Shown: one piece after another, positions 24,507 through 36,329 of the stretch | Numbering within the stretch: the stretch's first letter is position 1 | How the letters are laid out: each line of letters starts with the position of its first letter | From: Emiliania huxleyi CCMP1516 | Lineage: Eukaryota | DNA length: 64,000 bases | Direction: 5' to 3' | Assembly (NCBI RefSeq): GCF_000372725.1 | Contig: NW_005201165.1 | Span: 2,853 to 66,852 of the forward strand | The notes under the pieces: generated by a model | The model's database searches: none | What the model was told of the DNA's origin: nothing | What the model saw: the letters and a program-made list of their open reading frames with translations, nothing else | Program-made: the position numbers and the translations under genes

Positions 24507-24703
24507 TATGTGTCTGTAGGGGAACCGTCGCGTCTCCGAGATTGTCTGCGATCAAGAAATAAAATTATACGTGAAACAGAAGAGAAAAGAAAAATAAAGG
24601 CTGCTTTCTCTTAGTCCGTGCCGCTCGCCGTAACCTCCGTCGGCATACGCGTGGCGCCTGAACAGTCTGGCACTGCTCTGCTCTCTCTCTCTCTCCGTGT
24701 TCG

Positions 24704-26299
24704 ATGTTTAGCAAAAAGAAGAAGGCTCCGGAGCGGGTTCTGATCAACGGAAAGAGGCCGCATCGGCCGGCTGGCCCTCCGCACACTCCTCAACCAGACC
24801 GAGGTGACAGTGGTGGCGATCAACGAGCTGCGGGTGGCCACGTCCTCCTGCACACCCTCCGCCATCGACAGTCACTGACGTCGGCCTGATTGCCGCCGTG
24901 CGCTGCTCACTTTTCCGCGCTGCGCCGCCGCAGGGCGATATCGAGACGTCCGCCTACATCACCGAGTATGACACGCACCACGGCCGCTTCCTTTCCGGCA
25001 AGATTAGCACCGAGGGCGACATAATCGATTTTGATGGCACCAAGGTCAAGTTCCTGCAGATCGCGAGCCCGGCCGACGTTCCGATCGCAGAGCTTGGTGT
25101 CACCGTCGTGATGGAGTGCACCGGCAAGTTTTGCTCCGTCGCAAAGGCGCGGCCGCCTCCGGGACGCTTTCCTCTCACACTCGGCACTCGTCGTCCCCCT
25201 CAATCGCAACGGCTCAGCCGCCCGCTCGTGCCGTCACCTGCAGTGGCGAGCCCTGCTCCGTGGCAGCACCCTCCTCGGCGGTCGCCCCTTCGGCTTCTCC
25301 TCGTGAGGCGTCTCGGCGCCTGCTCGCCTCCCAGGTGCAGCCCTTCCTCGACCTCGGCGCGAAGAAGGTCGTCGTCTCCGCGCCCGTAAAGGCGAGCGCA
25401 GACCCTCAACCCCGCCTGCCACTCCGCACACCTGGGCGGCCGCGCTCTCGGAGCCCTCTGCGCCTACTCCGGCTGACGGCACCTCACCAGCCGACCGCAC
25501 ACTGCCCGCCCCCGGAGGACGCCGGCGTGCCAAACGTCGTCCTCGGCGTCAACGAGGCGGCCTACGTGCCCGCGGAGCACAGCGTGGTGACTGCCGCCTC
25601 GTGCACCACCAACTGCATCGCGCCAGTCATCAAGCTGCTGCACGACAAGGTCGGCGTCAAGCACGGCTCGATCACGACCATCCACTGCCTCACAAACACG
25701 CAGAGCGTGCTCGACGCGGCGTGGTGCGCCGAGAAGGAGCCGCGGCGCGCGCGCGGCGCAATCAACAACTTTTACCCGACGACGACCGGCTCGGCCAAGG
25801 CGGTGACCGAGGTGATCCCGGAGCTCAGGGGCAAGCTCAACGGGCACGCCGTGCGCGTACCAATGGCCACCGCGTCGCTCACCGACATCACCCTCGAGAT
25901 GGCGCGCGAGGTGACTGCGGCGGAGGTCAACGGCCTCTTCGCCGCCGCCGAGAAGGGCGAGCTGGCGGGCATCCTCGGCATCGAGGAGAAGAAGCTGACG
26001 GCGGCGGACTACTGCAACGACGGCGCCTCGACGCTTGGCGGCGCGGGCCGTGAAGGGCGTCCCTTCAGGCGCGGGCTGCTGCGGATAGGCCGCTCGACGA
26101 TCATCGACGCGGCGTCGACCATTGTGATGGGAGGCGCGCGCGGCTCCGGGGACGGCTCCGGCGTGGTGACCGGCGCCGCTTCACGCGCGAGGTGCTGTGA
26201 CCAGGCACGCAGTGCAAGGTGCTCGCGTGGTACGACAACGAGTGGGGCTACGCCTGCCGCCTCGCCGAGCTGACCCGCAAGGTCGCCGCCGCGATGTAG
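24704..26299 (+). CDS. Glyceraldehyde-3-phosphate dehydrogenase of ArsJ-associated/Gap3 type, apparent +1 frameshift near 24752
   Basis: [73 protein letters not shown] and WYDNEWGY. Confidence 0.85.
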
Positions 26300-26923
26300 C
26301 CTCCTGCCAGGAGTTTCGTTCTGTTCACAGCGAGCGCTATTTGCTGCGCGCGCTGCGGGCCTTGGTGCGCCCTGGCTGTTCTTCGATTCTTCGCCTTCCT
26401 ACTTACCGTTACTATCCATGGTTTGGGGGATCTTGGATTCACAGGTCGCACGCGTGTGAGCGAAGTCCACTCGCGCCGCGCTCCAGCCACCACGCACCAG
26501 CGGTGCCGGTGGTGCGCCGGTGGTGCGTCCGCACATACGTACCTTGGGGGTGAAGGGTGGCGACAAGAGACACGGTCTGCCTTTCTTCTAAACCACGCCC
26601 ACGGACCACGTGCTCTAACCAGCGCTCACATATTCGGAAATTGAGAAGAAAGCCCAAAAAAGAAACCGAAGGTGCAGCAAGAGCGCGTGGAGAGAGGTGC
26701 GCAGCTGGCGCCATTGGGGCCAAGCGGCCGGGAGCCCGCGTGCCCACCCCCCCTCACACCGCCGCCTGCGCCGCACGCCGTCCCCCTCTGTACGGAAGTA
26801 ATGCGGGCAGCTTTGCGCAGCCCTGCGCGCATCCTATGCGGCAAAAGCGCCGCTTCGCGCGGCACGCGGGTGAGCCTCTCACGCTTTCCTCCCTGCGCAG
26901 GGCCGCCCGCAGACTCGGCAGCC

Positions 26924-27880
26924 ATGGGTCGCATGCACAGCAAGGGCAAGGGCATCTCCAAGTCGGCGCTGCCGTACCGGCGGTCGACGCCCTCCTGGTT
27001 CAAGCAGAACCCGGCTGAGGCGCGGCACTGCAGCACTGGCCGCTCGCCGCTGGGCACGCGCTCTGACCGCCGCAGCTGGCTTGCAGGTGAACGAGCACGT
27101 GTGCAAGCTCGCGAAGAAGGGCTTGACACCGTCGCAGATTGGCGTGATCCTGCGGGACTCGCACGGGATTGCACAGGCGCGCGCTCGCCTGGGGGGGAGT
27201 AGGGCATAGGGCGCTGCAGCGGCGCAGAGGCGCTGCGTGGGAGGTCGGGGGAGAGGGCCAGGCCCAGCGTGCACGGCCGCCGGCCTGTCGACGCTCCCGT
27301 GGACGGCGGAGCGAGGGGGGCGGTACGGCGGGGAGTCAGCCCGACTGCGGCTGATGGGCGGGGGAAGGGGGGGGTGCTGGGCGCAGCTGCTGAAGCTGCC
27401 GGCTGAGTGTCGCTGAGAGGCGGCCGCCGCGACGCTGCAGGTGTGCCATGTGACGGGCTCCAAGATTCTTCGGATTCTGAAGAAGAAGGGCCTCGCGCCG
27501 GAGATCCCGGAGGACCTGTACTGCCTCATCAAGAAGGCGGCGCCCCCCTCGCACCTGCCCCCCCCCCCCCCCACCCCTCCCCCCTCCCGCCCCGCCCCGC
27601 CCCTGCCGCTGTCGCCGCCCCTCCCCCTGCTGCTGGACGCGCCCGCCGCTGTCGCCGCCCGCTCTCCGCCCCCCTAACGCCGCCCGCCTCTCCCCGCCGC
27701 CCGCAGGCTGTGTCTGTGCGTAAGCACCTCGACAAATTCCGGCAGGACAAGGACGCGAAGTTCCGCCTCATTCTGATCGAGAGCCGCATCCACCGCCTCG
27801 CGCGCTACTACAAGGAGGTCAAGGCTGTCGCGCCCAACTTCAAGTACGAGGCCGCCACCGCGTCGACCCTCGTCTCGTGA
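26924..27880 (+). CDS. RPS13: 40S ribosomal protein S13 (uS15), three GC-AG introns
   Basis: [61 protein letters not shown] and [23 protein letters not shown]. Confidence 0.98.
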
Positions 27881-28077
27881 GCTGCTGCTGCGCCGCGGTC
27901 TGTCCGCGCGCCTTTGTTGGTCTGGGCCCTGCTATACGTGTATCAGCCTTTAGAAGAATAACGCACAGTTTAGACAGAGTTTTATGCCACGGGCCCCGGC
28001 AAGCCCCCCACCTCCCGCGGCCGCGCCACGCAGTGAAACCACCCCCGCCTCAACCCGCTCAGGGACGGACGCATTTC

Positions 28078-28289
28078 TGTTCCCGGGCATTCACACTATA
28101 TTCCTCTGAGATAATATTATATCTCGCCGCCACCGCGGCGCGCGCGCTTTATCCGCGCGCTATATTGGTAGAGCCAAACTTGTGTTCTTGTTTTGGATCA
28201 AACTTGTTACAGCTCAGCGAACGCGATGCGGCCTCTGCCCCTAGCCTCCTGCTCCTATGCGCGAGCTACGGCGTGACCGCTATCGAGTA
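28078..28289 (+). repeat. 5' LTR (TG...TA)
   Basis: Direct repeat of 32245-32454. Confidence 0.95.
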
Positions 28290-29273
28290 TGACTTCTCTA
28301 CCGGGAAGAACGGCCTCGACTACTGCATCGCCGAGGCCGACACCACCAGCGACATGACAGCGTCGACCACCATGGCACCTCCACCATGGACAAGCCTTGC
28401 ACCATGTATGTCAGCCACCACCTGGGCGCCTGGCGTGTGCGAGCACAACCCCAATCGAGCCGAAGGATCTGAACAATGGGTCCAGTCGGTCTCGTCGAGC
28501 ACGTTCGAGCCCGCCATTTGCATCGACAATTCATTTCTCAAAGATTTATCGATAAATTGGCAACTTGGGTCAGAACACCTTGAGGACATGTGTGCCTCCA
28601 CTCACACTACCTCCCAGGCGATGGAGCACGCGCTACAGTCGGCTCCTGAGGCCTTATCCACCCACTGCGGCCAATCTGAATTTTTGGCCCTCCGCAGCCC
28701 CGCGATACAGGTGCACTCATGGCCCAATACGATGGCGCTACAATTCATGAGGCACGGGACTCTTCCTGCGACAACCCAGCCCCATAGGAAGCCTGCGACA
28801 CACATGCCGCCGCCACCTTTGCTGGATTACTCAATGCTGCCCATTCTTCTGGGTCAATGCGACGGGAACGGCTTCCTTTGCCTCCAAAATGTTTCACCGT
28901 GGAACGCTACATTTGACCCTACACCTTGGCAGAAAGTCCTTCCCCGGGACCACTCGGACACGCCGAGTGCAGGAGAGGCATTGCACCATGAGACCTTGAG
29001 CAGTGGGACAGAGGTAGTGCCCTTCAACAATGGGACATGTGGTATCATCTGGCCACTCCATGGAACCACCGATGCTGCGAAAGCCCTTTGCCTTGATCAC
29101 TTCCGGCGACGCGGCAAGCGCGATTGGGTCAAATACGAGCTCCATTGCGCATTGGAACTATATGTTCTCAAACAAGAATTGCGCTCGGGTACAGTCCACA
29201 TGGATGGGAATGATCTGGCCATTTTTTCTTTGCTTTGCTCTCGTTGGGTTCCTTTTCCTTGCGTACTCCCTGC

Positions 29274-30496
29274 TAGGGTGCCCACAGGGCCCAAAAAAAG
29301 AAAGGAAAAAAGAAATGGGCCAGCCCCGATCGCAGCACTTCGTGTTGGCCAGTCGAGAAATTGAGAGTGTGACTAGGAGGGTGGGACGCTGGGGATTCTC
29401 AAAGGTATACCCTTGGAATGGCCGGATCCAGCCTTAAAAGTACGAGATCGCGCGCGCTTCGCGCGCTGCACCGCCTGTTCTCCGCGGCTGTGTGACGACG
29501 CGTGCCGTGTGCCAGCACAGTTGGGCGCGCGCGGCGCGACGGCGCCCGCGAGGGAAGGCGCGGGTGCAGCGGCCGCCGGCGGCCGTACCGCCCGCCAGCC
29601 GGCGCAGCAGCGGCCAGCGCAGCGGCCGCCGGCGCAGCAGCCAGATCAGCCGGTGCGCGCATTGCGAGGCGAGTACTGCCGTCCGGCAGCCTTGAGGCGG
29701 CCGGGCGGCAGTACTCGTTGGACCGCGCCCGCGAGGGAAGGCGCGGGTGCAGCGGCCGCCGGCGGCCGTACCGCCCGCCAGCCGGCGCAGCAGCGGCCAG
29801 CGCAGCGGCCGCCGGCGCAGCAGCCAGAGCAGCCGGTGCGCGCCTTGCGAGGCGAGTACTGCCGCCCGGCAGCCTTGAGGCGGCCGGGCGGCAGTACTCG
29901 TTCGAACTTTGCGAGCCGTGCGCGCGCCGAGGCGCCCGCGGCGCGCGCCCGCCCGGCTGCCAGTAGGAAGCGGCGCAATATGGCCTATAGTACAGCCCTT
30001 GAGGAGGAGGAAGAGGCTGGCTGGCAGTGCTGTATGCCGCCGGGGGCAGTTTTTGGGTGCTGTCCCCATCCCAGGGGGCTGCAGAAGGCGTCCGCAGCCG
30101 GGACAACCCGCCCCCCCAGCCGAGGCCGGTCGAAGCCCACTTGAGTGCAGCCATGAGGAGTCCTCTTGGTGCTCCTGGCGCCCGTTGGAATGGCGAGCGC
30201 GCGCCGATGGGGGGGGGGGGGGGTCTTGCTTGCTCCACACCGAGCGCCATCGGTCCGGACCGGTGCACTCAATGAGGGGTGGCCTGCACAAGGTCTGTGC
30301 CGCGGGCGCTCGGCGCCAAGTGCAGTGTCACGCTCGCGCTGGAGCGGGACACAATGGGAAACCCTCGTTTCCTATGAACTCGGTCCCCCAACGGAAGAGG
30401 CCTCGCTCCTATTGGAACTGGCCAACATCAGATTTGCCTCGTGCGTCCCTTTTTGAGTCGGGAAGCTATTTTCTTTTGGGTCCTGTGGGCACCCTA
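29274..30496. mobile_element. Non-autonomous TIR DNA transposon (hAT-like ends) nested in the copia element
   Basis: TIRs TAGGGTGCCCACAGG(G/A)CCCAAAA, flanking duplication TCCCTGC at 29267-29273 and 30497-30503, internal ~180-bp tandem duplication at ~29543-29900. Confidence 0.85.
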
Positions 30497-31029
30497 TCCC
30501 TGCTGACAAGTGCACTGACAATTGGCGACCTGTTTGCTTACCAGACCATGAGCAGCCTTATGATTGTCAAAGCGTGGTACGGATTGCGACACTATGGTGC
30601 AAATAGATCTACCAAGCTACTGATCATCAACCTGGGTATTCAAATCAAGTGGGTCTTTGACTGGTATTTTTGCCTTGCGCCAGCTGCACTTGCGATATGC
30701 GGCATCATCCTGCTCGTTGCTTGGGGCTTTGCAATCTACGATTTCGTGCGATCCCTCCTATACTTCGCCAGGTATGCATGCCTCGTCGCCTTTGAGGTCA
30801 TCACCAGCACTACTGTCAAAACTGTTTGCTTCATTTGGACACCTATTACCACCACCATCTCCTTTGGGTGCCCGTATGCAATCGTTTGCGTCAGCATCTA
30901 TCGCGACTCCCTTCGGAGTCTTCTCGACTTCGTCAGTCCAGTCGTGAGGGAGCGCTATGCCGAGCTAACTCCTTTGTCCGATGTTTGCGAACCGATCGAC
31001 ACTGGCCGCCGAAAGCCGTTGCCCTCCTA

Positions 31030-32202
31030 GGAGTCAACAGTGGCAACAACTCCCTCGTTTGCAAACTGCGGCGCAGCCTGTATGGACTCAAACAAGCAGG
31101 GCGAGAGTGGGGACTACTCCTCACCTCCTTCCTCGTTTCCTGGGGATTCGTTCGCTCGACCATCGACGTGTGCCTGTATATCTACCGATCTGGCAATCTT
31201 GTCTTATGGGTGCTAGTTTACGTCGACGACATACTCATCGCCGACAACTGCCCCACGCTGCGCGCCCGTTTTGTTGCCGACATCTCCAAGCGTTTTCCTA
31301 CCGAGGACAAGGGCGAGCTCGAATGGATACTGAACACCGCCATCACGCGTGACCGCGGCGCACGGACCCTGAACTTGTCCCAGGGCCTCTACGCCGCCGA
31401 CCTCGTTACCAAGTTCAGCGCCTATTTCGATCGGTCCCGCTCACGCCGCTTCGACTCGCCTATGGAAGAGGGGCTCGAACTGTCCGCCGACGACCAGCCC
31501 GCCGTTGGATCTGTTGAATACGACGAGATGTCCGAATTCCGCACCGCCTACATGGCCATCGTCGGCGGACTACTGTGGCTTGCCAATATGACGCGCGTCG
31601 ACATTGCTTATTCCGCGTCTCAGCTTGCTCGGTTTATGACGAACCCTGGCCCGTCGCATTTTAAAGCCGCCATCCGGGTGCTTATCTACGTGCGCGACAC
31701 AGCTGACCGCGCCCTCGTCATGCAGCCGAATTCCAACCGCAACCTTGAGAGCTACGTCGATTCAAACTGGGCAACGAAGTTCTCTTGCTCCGGTGGCATG
31801 TTCTTCTTCTACGGATGTCTCTTCCACTGGTTCTCCAAAATGCAGCGATCCGTCACGCTATCTAGTGCCGAGGCAGAGTTCTTCGGCGCCATGCTAGCCG
31901 CCAAGGAGGTGATTTTCATTCGTGAGCTACTGATCGACCTTGGATTTTCCATCGACGGCGCCAGCGTCATCAACTGCGACAGCAAGTCCGCCGTCGGCAT
32001 GGCCTTCGATCCCGTTGCCTTCAAGAAGACCAAGCACATCTTGCGCGCCGCCGAGTTTCTTCGCGATCTCGTCAGCCGTGGCGTTATCTCTGTCGAACAC
32101 CTCCCCGGCGTCGTGATGCTCGCCGACCTACTCACGAAGGCTGCCTCGCGGGCCATCTTTACTGGCCTGATCAAGCAGCTCGACGACTTTCATGCCCTTT
32201 GA
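31030..32202 (+). pseudogene. Copia pol fragment: C-terminal RT plus RNase H
   Basis: CKLRRSLYGLKQAGREW, LVYVDD, YVDSNWA, SSAEAEF, CDSKSA, TKHI and ADLLTK. RT N-terminus, integrase, protease and gag not recognisable. Confidence 0.92.
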
Positions 32203-32244
32203 ATTTATTTGTCCCTCGCGCCCCGCACTCGGGCCAGGAGGGGC

Positions 32245-32454
32245 TGTTCCCGGGCATTCACACTATATTCCTCTGAGATAATATTATATCTCGCCGCCAC
32301 CGCGGCGCGCGCGCTTTATCCGCGCGCTATATTGGTAGAGCCAAACTTGTGTTCTTGTTTTGGATCAAACTTGTTACAGCTCAGCGAACGCGATGCGGCC
32401 TCTGCCTAGCCTCCTGCTCCTATGCGCGAGCTACGGCGTGACCGCTATCGAGTA
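32245..32454 (+). repeat. 3' LTR (TG...TA)
   Basis: Direct repeat of 28078-28289. Confidence 0.95.
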
Positions 32455-33302
32455 ATTTCCCCCCTTTCAAAGGCGGTTTCGAAGTTGATGAGACCTCGCC
32501 CCCCCCTCTCGAATGAAAAGCGTAAAAAGAGGCGCGGAACAGGCCGGAAGCGCCGCTTGGACGTGGGTCACACAACGGCAGCGCTCCAGACGCGCTCTGG
32601 TAGCTGCCAATGAAGCTGTAGCCCATCGCGCGCGCGCCGGACGGCCATTGCACCTCTACTGCAGTGCCCTCCTGCACCGAGAGCGACGCGTCAAACCTTT
32701 GCTGCCCAGAGGCACCTGGAGCAAAATTGGGCCCGCCCAGGTGAGAAAAAATAGTATAAGGGTCGAAGCAGGTTTCGAACTGGCGACCTTCCGATTCCGG
32801 ATAGGGAGCCAGTAAGAGATCGCTTCAAGTAGTGAGAGGGGATGCCGGCGGGCGACCTATATAGCATACCGGGGGAAATTAAACACTACTGATACGTGCA
32901 CACACCGTCACGCTCGAAGTGCCAAGAAGGACGTCATTAGTACGAAACCTCAAAAAGGCCATGGGCGCCGAGAGAACATTTCCCTCGAGAGGACAAAGAA
33001 AGGCGACGCACCCCCTCCTTGCGCAGTGTCCCCCGCTATGTGTCGCCAATTGGGGCACGCTATCCTGCGCAGGCAGGGCAAGCGGGGGCGGGGGGCAGTC
33101 CCCCTGGTCTGATACCTGGGGTGTGGGTGTCTCCAGTCTCGGAGGGGGGCAAAAAGATAAGAATATCTATTTTTTTCAGTTGTAAAGCGTCCTGGTAGTC
33201 AGAAAAACTCCGCACACAACAGTCAACACTCCTCTCTCCTAAGGAGAACTGGACAATCAAATGTTCTATAGGTGTAGCTTCTAAGGACTAGGTGCACCGC
33301 TC

Positions 33303-35734
33303 TCACACCACGTCGACGACCAGGCCGGACACGCTCGCGCCGGCGACGGCGCCCGGTCCGCGATGCTCGGGCGGCGATGGATCGAGCACCGACGGGTCGG
33401 CGAAGCAGCCGGCGAGGTCGAGCTTGACGGCGTCGTGCGGCGCGTCGTCAAACTCCTGCACCGAGTCCTTCCTCTCGAGCAGCTCCGTCTTCGAGTCGAC
33501 CGAGCCGCGGTCGTCGGAGAGGTTTCCGTCCCGGTCGGCGCGGCTGAGGAAGGCGAGCAGCGAAGCGGGCGTGGCGGGCTGCAGCGGCTGCGGCGCCGCC
33601 CGCTGCGCCGACTGCGAGCGGATGGTCTGCGCGACCATCCGCTCGCAGATGAGCCCGTCGTGCGCGCGCGGGTGCATCCTCCCCTCCCACGGCGTGAGCG
33701 CGTCCTCCTCGTGCGCGATCGACAGGAAGTAGAGGCCGACGGCGGCGATGTGGCGCGCGCGGGGCGAGAGCGGGTGGACGCCCGGCGGGACGACGTAGCC
33801 GAAGGCCGCGAGCTCGTGCAGCTGCGGCGTGGGGTCGCCGAGGTGCGGCAGCAGCGCGGCGCAGAGCGGAGGGTCGCCCAGGATGGAGGCGCGGTACAGC
33901 TCGACGGGCAAGTGCGGCAGCGAACGCAAGGCGGCGGAGAGGTTTGCGACGCCCCTGGCCGCGGGCGAGGTCTGGCGAGGCAAGTACTGCTTGGCGCCGG
34001 GGCTGAAGAATGGGTCGAGCAGAGCGATCCGCAGCGGCGCCTCCTGCATGCTCACCTCGGCCAGGTGGAGGTGGCGCCGCCCCTTTGGCGGCTGCCGCTC
34101 GACCAGCCGACCCACCGCCTCGAGCACGAGCTGCGCGCCTGTTCACTGGCAGAGGTGTGAAGAGACGCTGTGCACAGCTGGACCTCGAGCACGAGCTGCG
34201 CGCCCAAGGAGTGGCCCACCAGCCGCAACTGCCGCACCGCTCGCCTCGGAGCGCCCTCGCAGCCGCCCTCGCTTCCGCCCTCGCCGCCGCCGCAGCTCCC
34301 GCCGCCTGCGCCGTCTGCGCCGCCTGCGCCGCCAATACCGCCGCCGCCGCCGCCCCTCCACCCATCCGGATCGCTGCCCGCGGCCTGTCGCTGCGCCGCC
34401 CCTCCGGCGCCGGCACCCAGCTCTGACACCGCCGCCGCCTCTCCGCCGCCCCCGGAGCCGTCGCTACCGCCTGCGCCGCCTCGCACCGGCGAGGAGGACG
34501 AGGAGGGTCCTCCGCCGTACGCGGCTCGCCACAGCGGCAGCAGCGCCGAGGCGAGCTGGTCCGCCACGCACCTGCCCACAGCAGCAGGGGAGCAGCGGCT
34601 CGTCACGGCCCCAGCCTCCTCTGGTCCCCAGACCTCTGCCGTGTATCTCGCTTCCCAGGTCTCTGCCATACCTCCTCTGGTCACTCCATCGCCGCCGTAT
34701 CTCCCCTCCTCTCGGCTCTATCGCGCACGGTGTCCCGTCGGCCGCGTCCCGCGACACGGTCTTGCCGTCCGCCTGCCGCACCTAGAGACGGGGTGTGGCT
34801 GGGGTGAAGGCCGAGATGGCCGGGTTGTGGACGAGGTGACGACCGAGGTATGGCCAAGATGCGGCCGAGGTGCGGCCGAGGCGCGGCCGAGATGTGGCCG
34901 AGGCGCGGCCGAGGTGCGGCGTCAGGTTGCCTGCCAGCGCAGCGCGTGCTGGCCCTCTGCGCTGTGGATCTTGCGCTCCGCCTCGTGCAGCGTGTCGTCC
35001 GCGAACTGGTTCCAGTAGAAGAGCGCCACGTTCCAGCCGCGCGCCGCCCACAGCTCCGCCGCGTCGATGTCGGGCACCCTCTCGCCCTTGACGCCGAGCG
35101 AGGGCTGCTTGACGTTCCGCCTCCAGTTGAAGGTCTCGCGGAAGCCGCGCGCGGTCGTGCCGGGCTCCCAGCCGTGCACGTACACCACCGTCGGCTGCGC
35201 CGGGTCCCACCCGCCGCTCGCCCACCACAGGCCGCAGTGCAGCTCCCCCCAGTCCAAGCCGGCCGTCTCAGTCTCGGGAAGCAGCGGAGGCGTCCCGGAC
35301 GTTTCGCCGTCGTCCGGCTCGAGGCCCTCGGGCCGCCGCCGCGTCGCTGCGGCAGCCCACCGCGCCACCACCGGCCGCGACCGCCGCCTCGCCCGCTCCG
35401 CCGCCTCCCACCGCGACCCTCGAAGCACGGTCTGCACCGAGTGCGGCAGCGAGGACGGGAGCGGCAGCCAGGGGAGGAGGCGGACGAGGCAGACGAGGAG
35501 TGCGAACGGCAGCGCGAGGAGCAGCACCGCGCACCCGAGCAGCAGCAGCTGCACCGCCACGATCACCGGCGAGTGGTGGCACGGCCGGCGCCGGTTCAGC
35601 AGGTCGGCCACCGTCTGCTCGAGCGCTATGACGGCGGGGTCGGCGTTGTCGTCGAAGGGAGTGCGCGCCGAGTTCTCGCCCAGCTCCTCGTAGGCGGAGG
35701 GCAGAGCGCCAAGCTCGACGCCGCTAGCCGCCAT
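33303..35734 (-). CDS. Membrane-anchored alpha/beta-hydrolase (lipase-like), multi-exon
   Basis: N-terminal TM segment, VVYVHGW oxyanion motif, nucleophile elbow LVGHSLGAQ and IALLDP. Confidence 0.75.
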
Positions 35735-36329
35735 CCAGCGCCGCTGCCATCCAGCGAGAAAGAAACACCCGCGGCGCTCCTAGATGGTCGCCTCCTCCCC
35801 GACGCGCAAAAAGGCCCCGCGCAGCGGCACAAGGGCCCGCCGCAGGCGCGGGGGGTCCGGGGAGCAGCGAGCGCCCCCCGGCTTGAGCAGGAGCAGATCG
35901 CCGCACACACAGGCGCGCACGCATTCGCGAGGGACTGCGCGACGATATCGGGAGCCGCTAGGAGCCTTCCCAGCCCTACCTCTGCGGCACTCTAACCACG
36001 TATCAGCCTCCGCCTAGCATACGTGGACCCACCGAGCCAATATGGGAGCAGCCTCGTGGCGAGTGCCCCACGGGCCTTGCTATACGAGCGCCGCCCCGGC
36101 TCCTACCGGCATAGCCGGGAGGGGCGCGAGTGGCCTAGTCCACAAGACTGGCCTCTGGAGCTCGCGCCTCTCGTCATCCATTGAGCACTTAGTGCGAATA
36201 TCCAGACCTGTCTGTGTCTCCTGTGTACCCTCTCTCGCACAGAGATGTGGACGAGTGAAGAAAATACGTCCTATGGTCAAGTTAGCAGCGGCTCGTGCGT
36301 GAGCGCGAGCACGACGTTGCTACACACAT

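Larger units (their letters stand above)
28078..32454 (+). mobile_element. Ty1/copia LTR retrotransposon, internally deleted
   Basis: LTRs at 28078-28289 and 32245-32454 differ only by a 2-bp indel. 5-bp TSD ATTTC at 28073-28077 and 32455-32459. Purine tract AGGAGGGG precedes the 3' LTR. RT/RNase H fragment inside. Confidence 0.95.

Noticed and set aside
27877..28289. Host gene starting at the RPS13 stop
   Set aside because: The ORF merely reads through the RPS13 3' flank and the LTR, and its start is a GTG.
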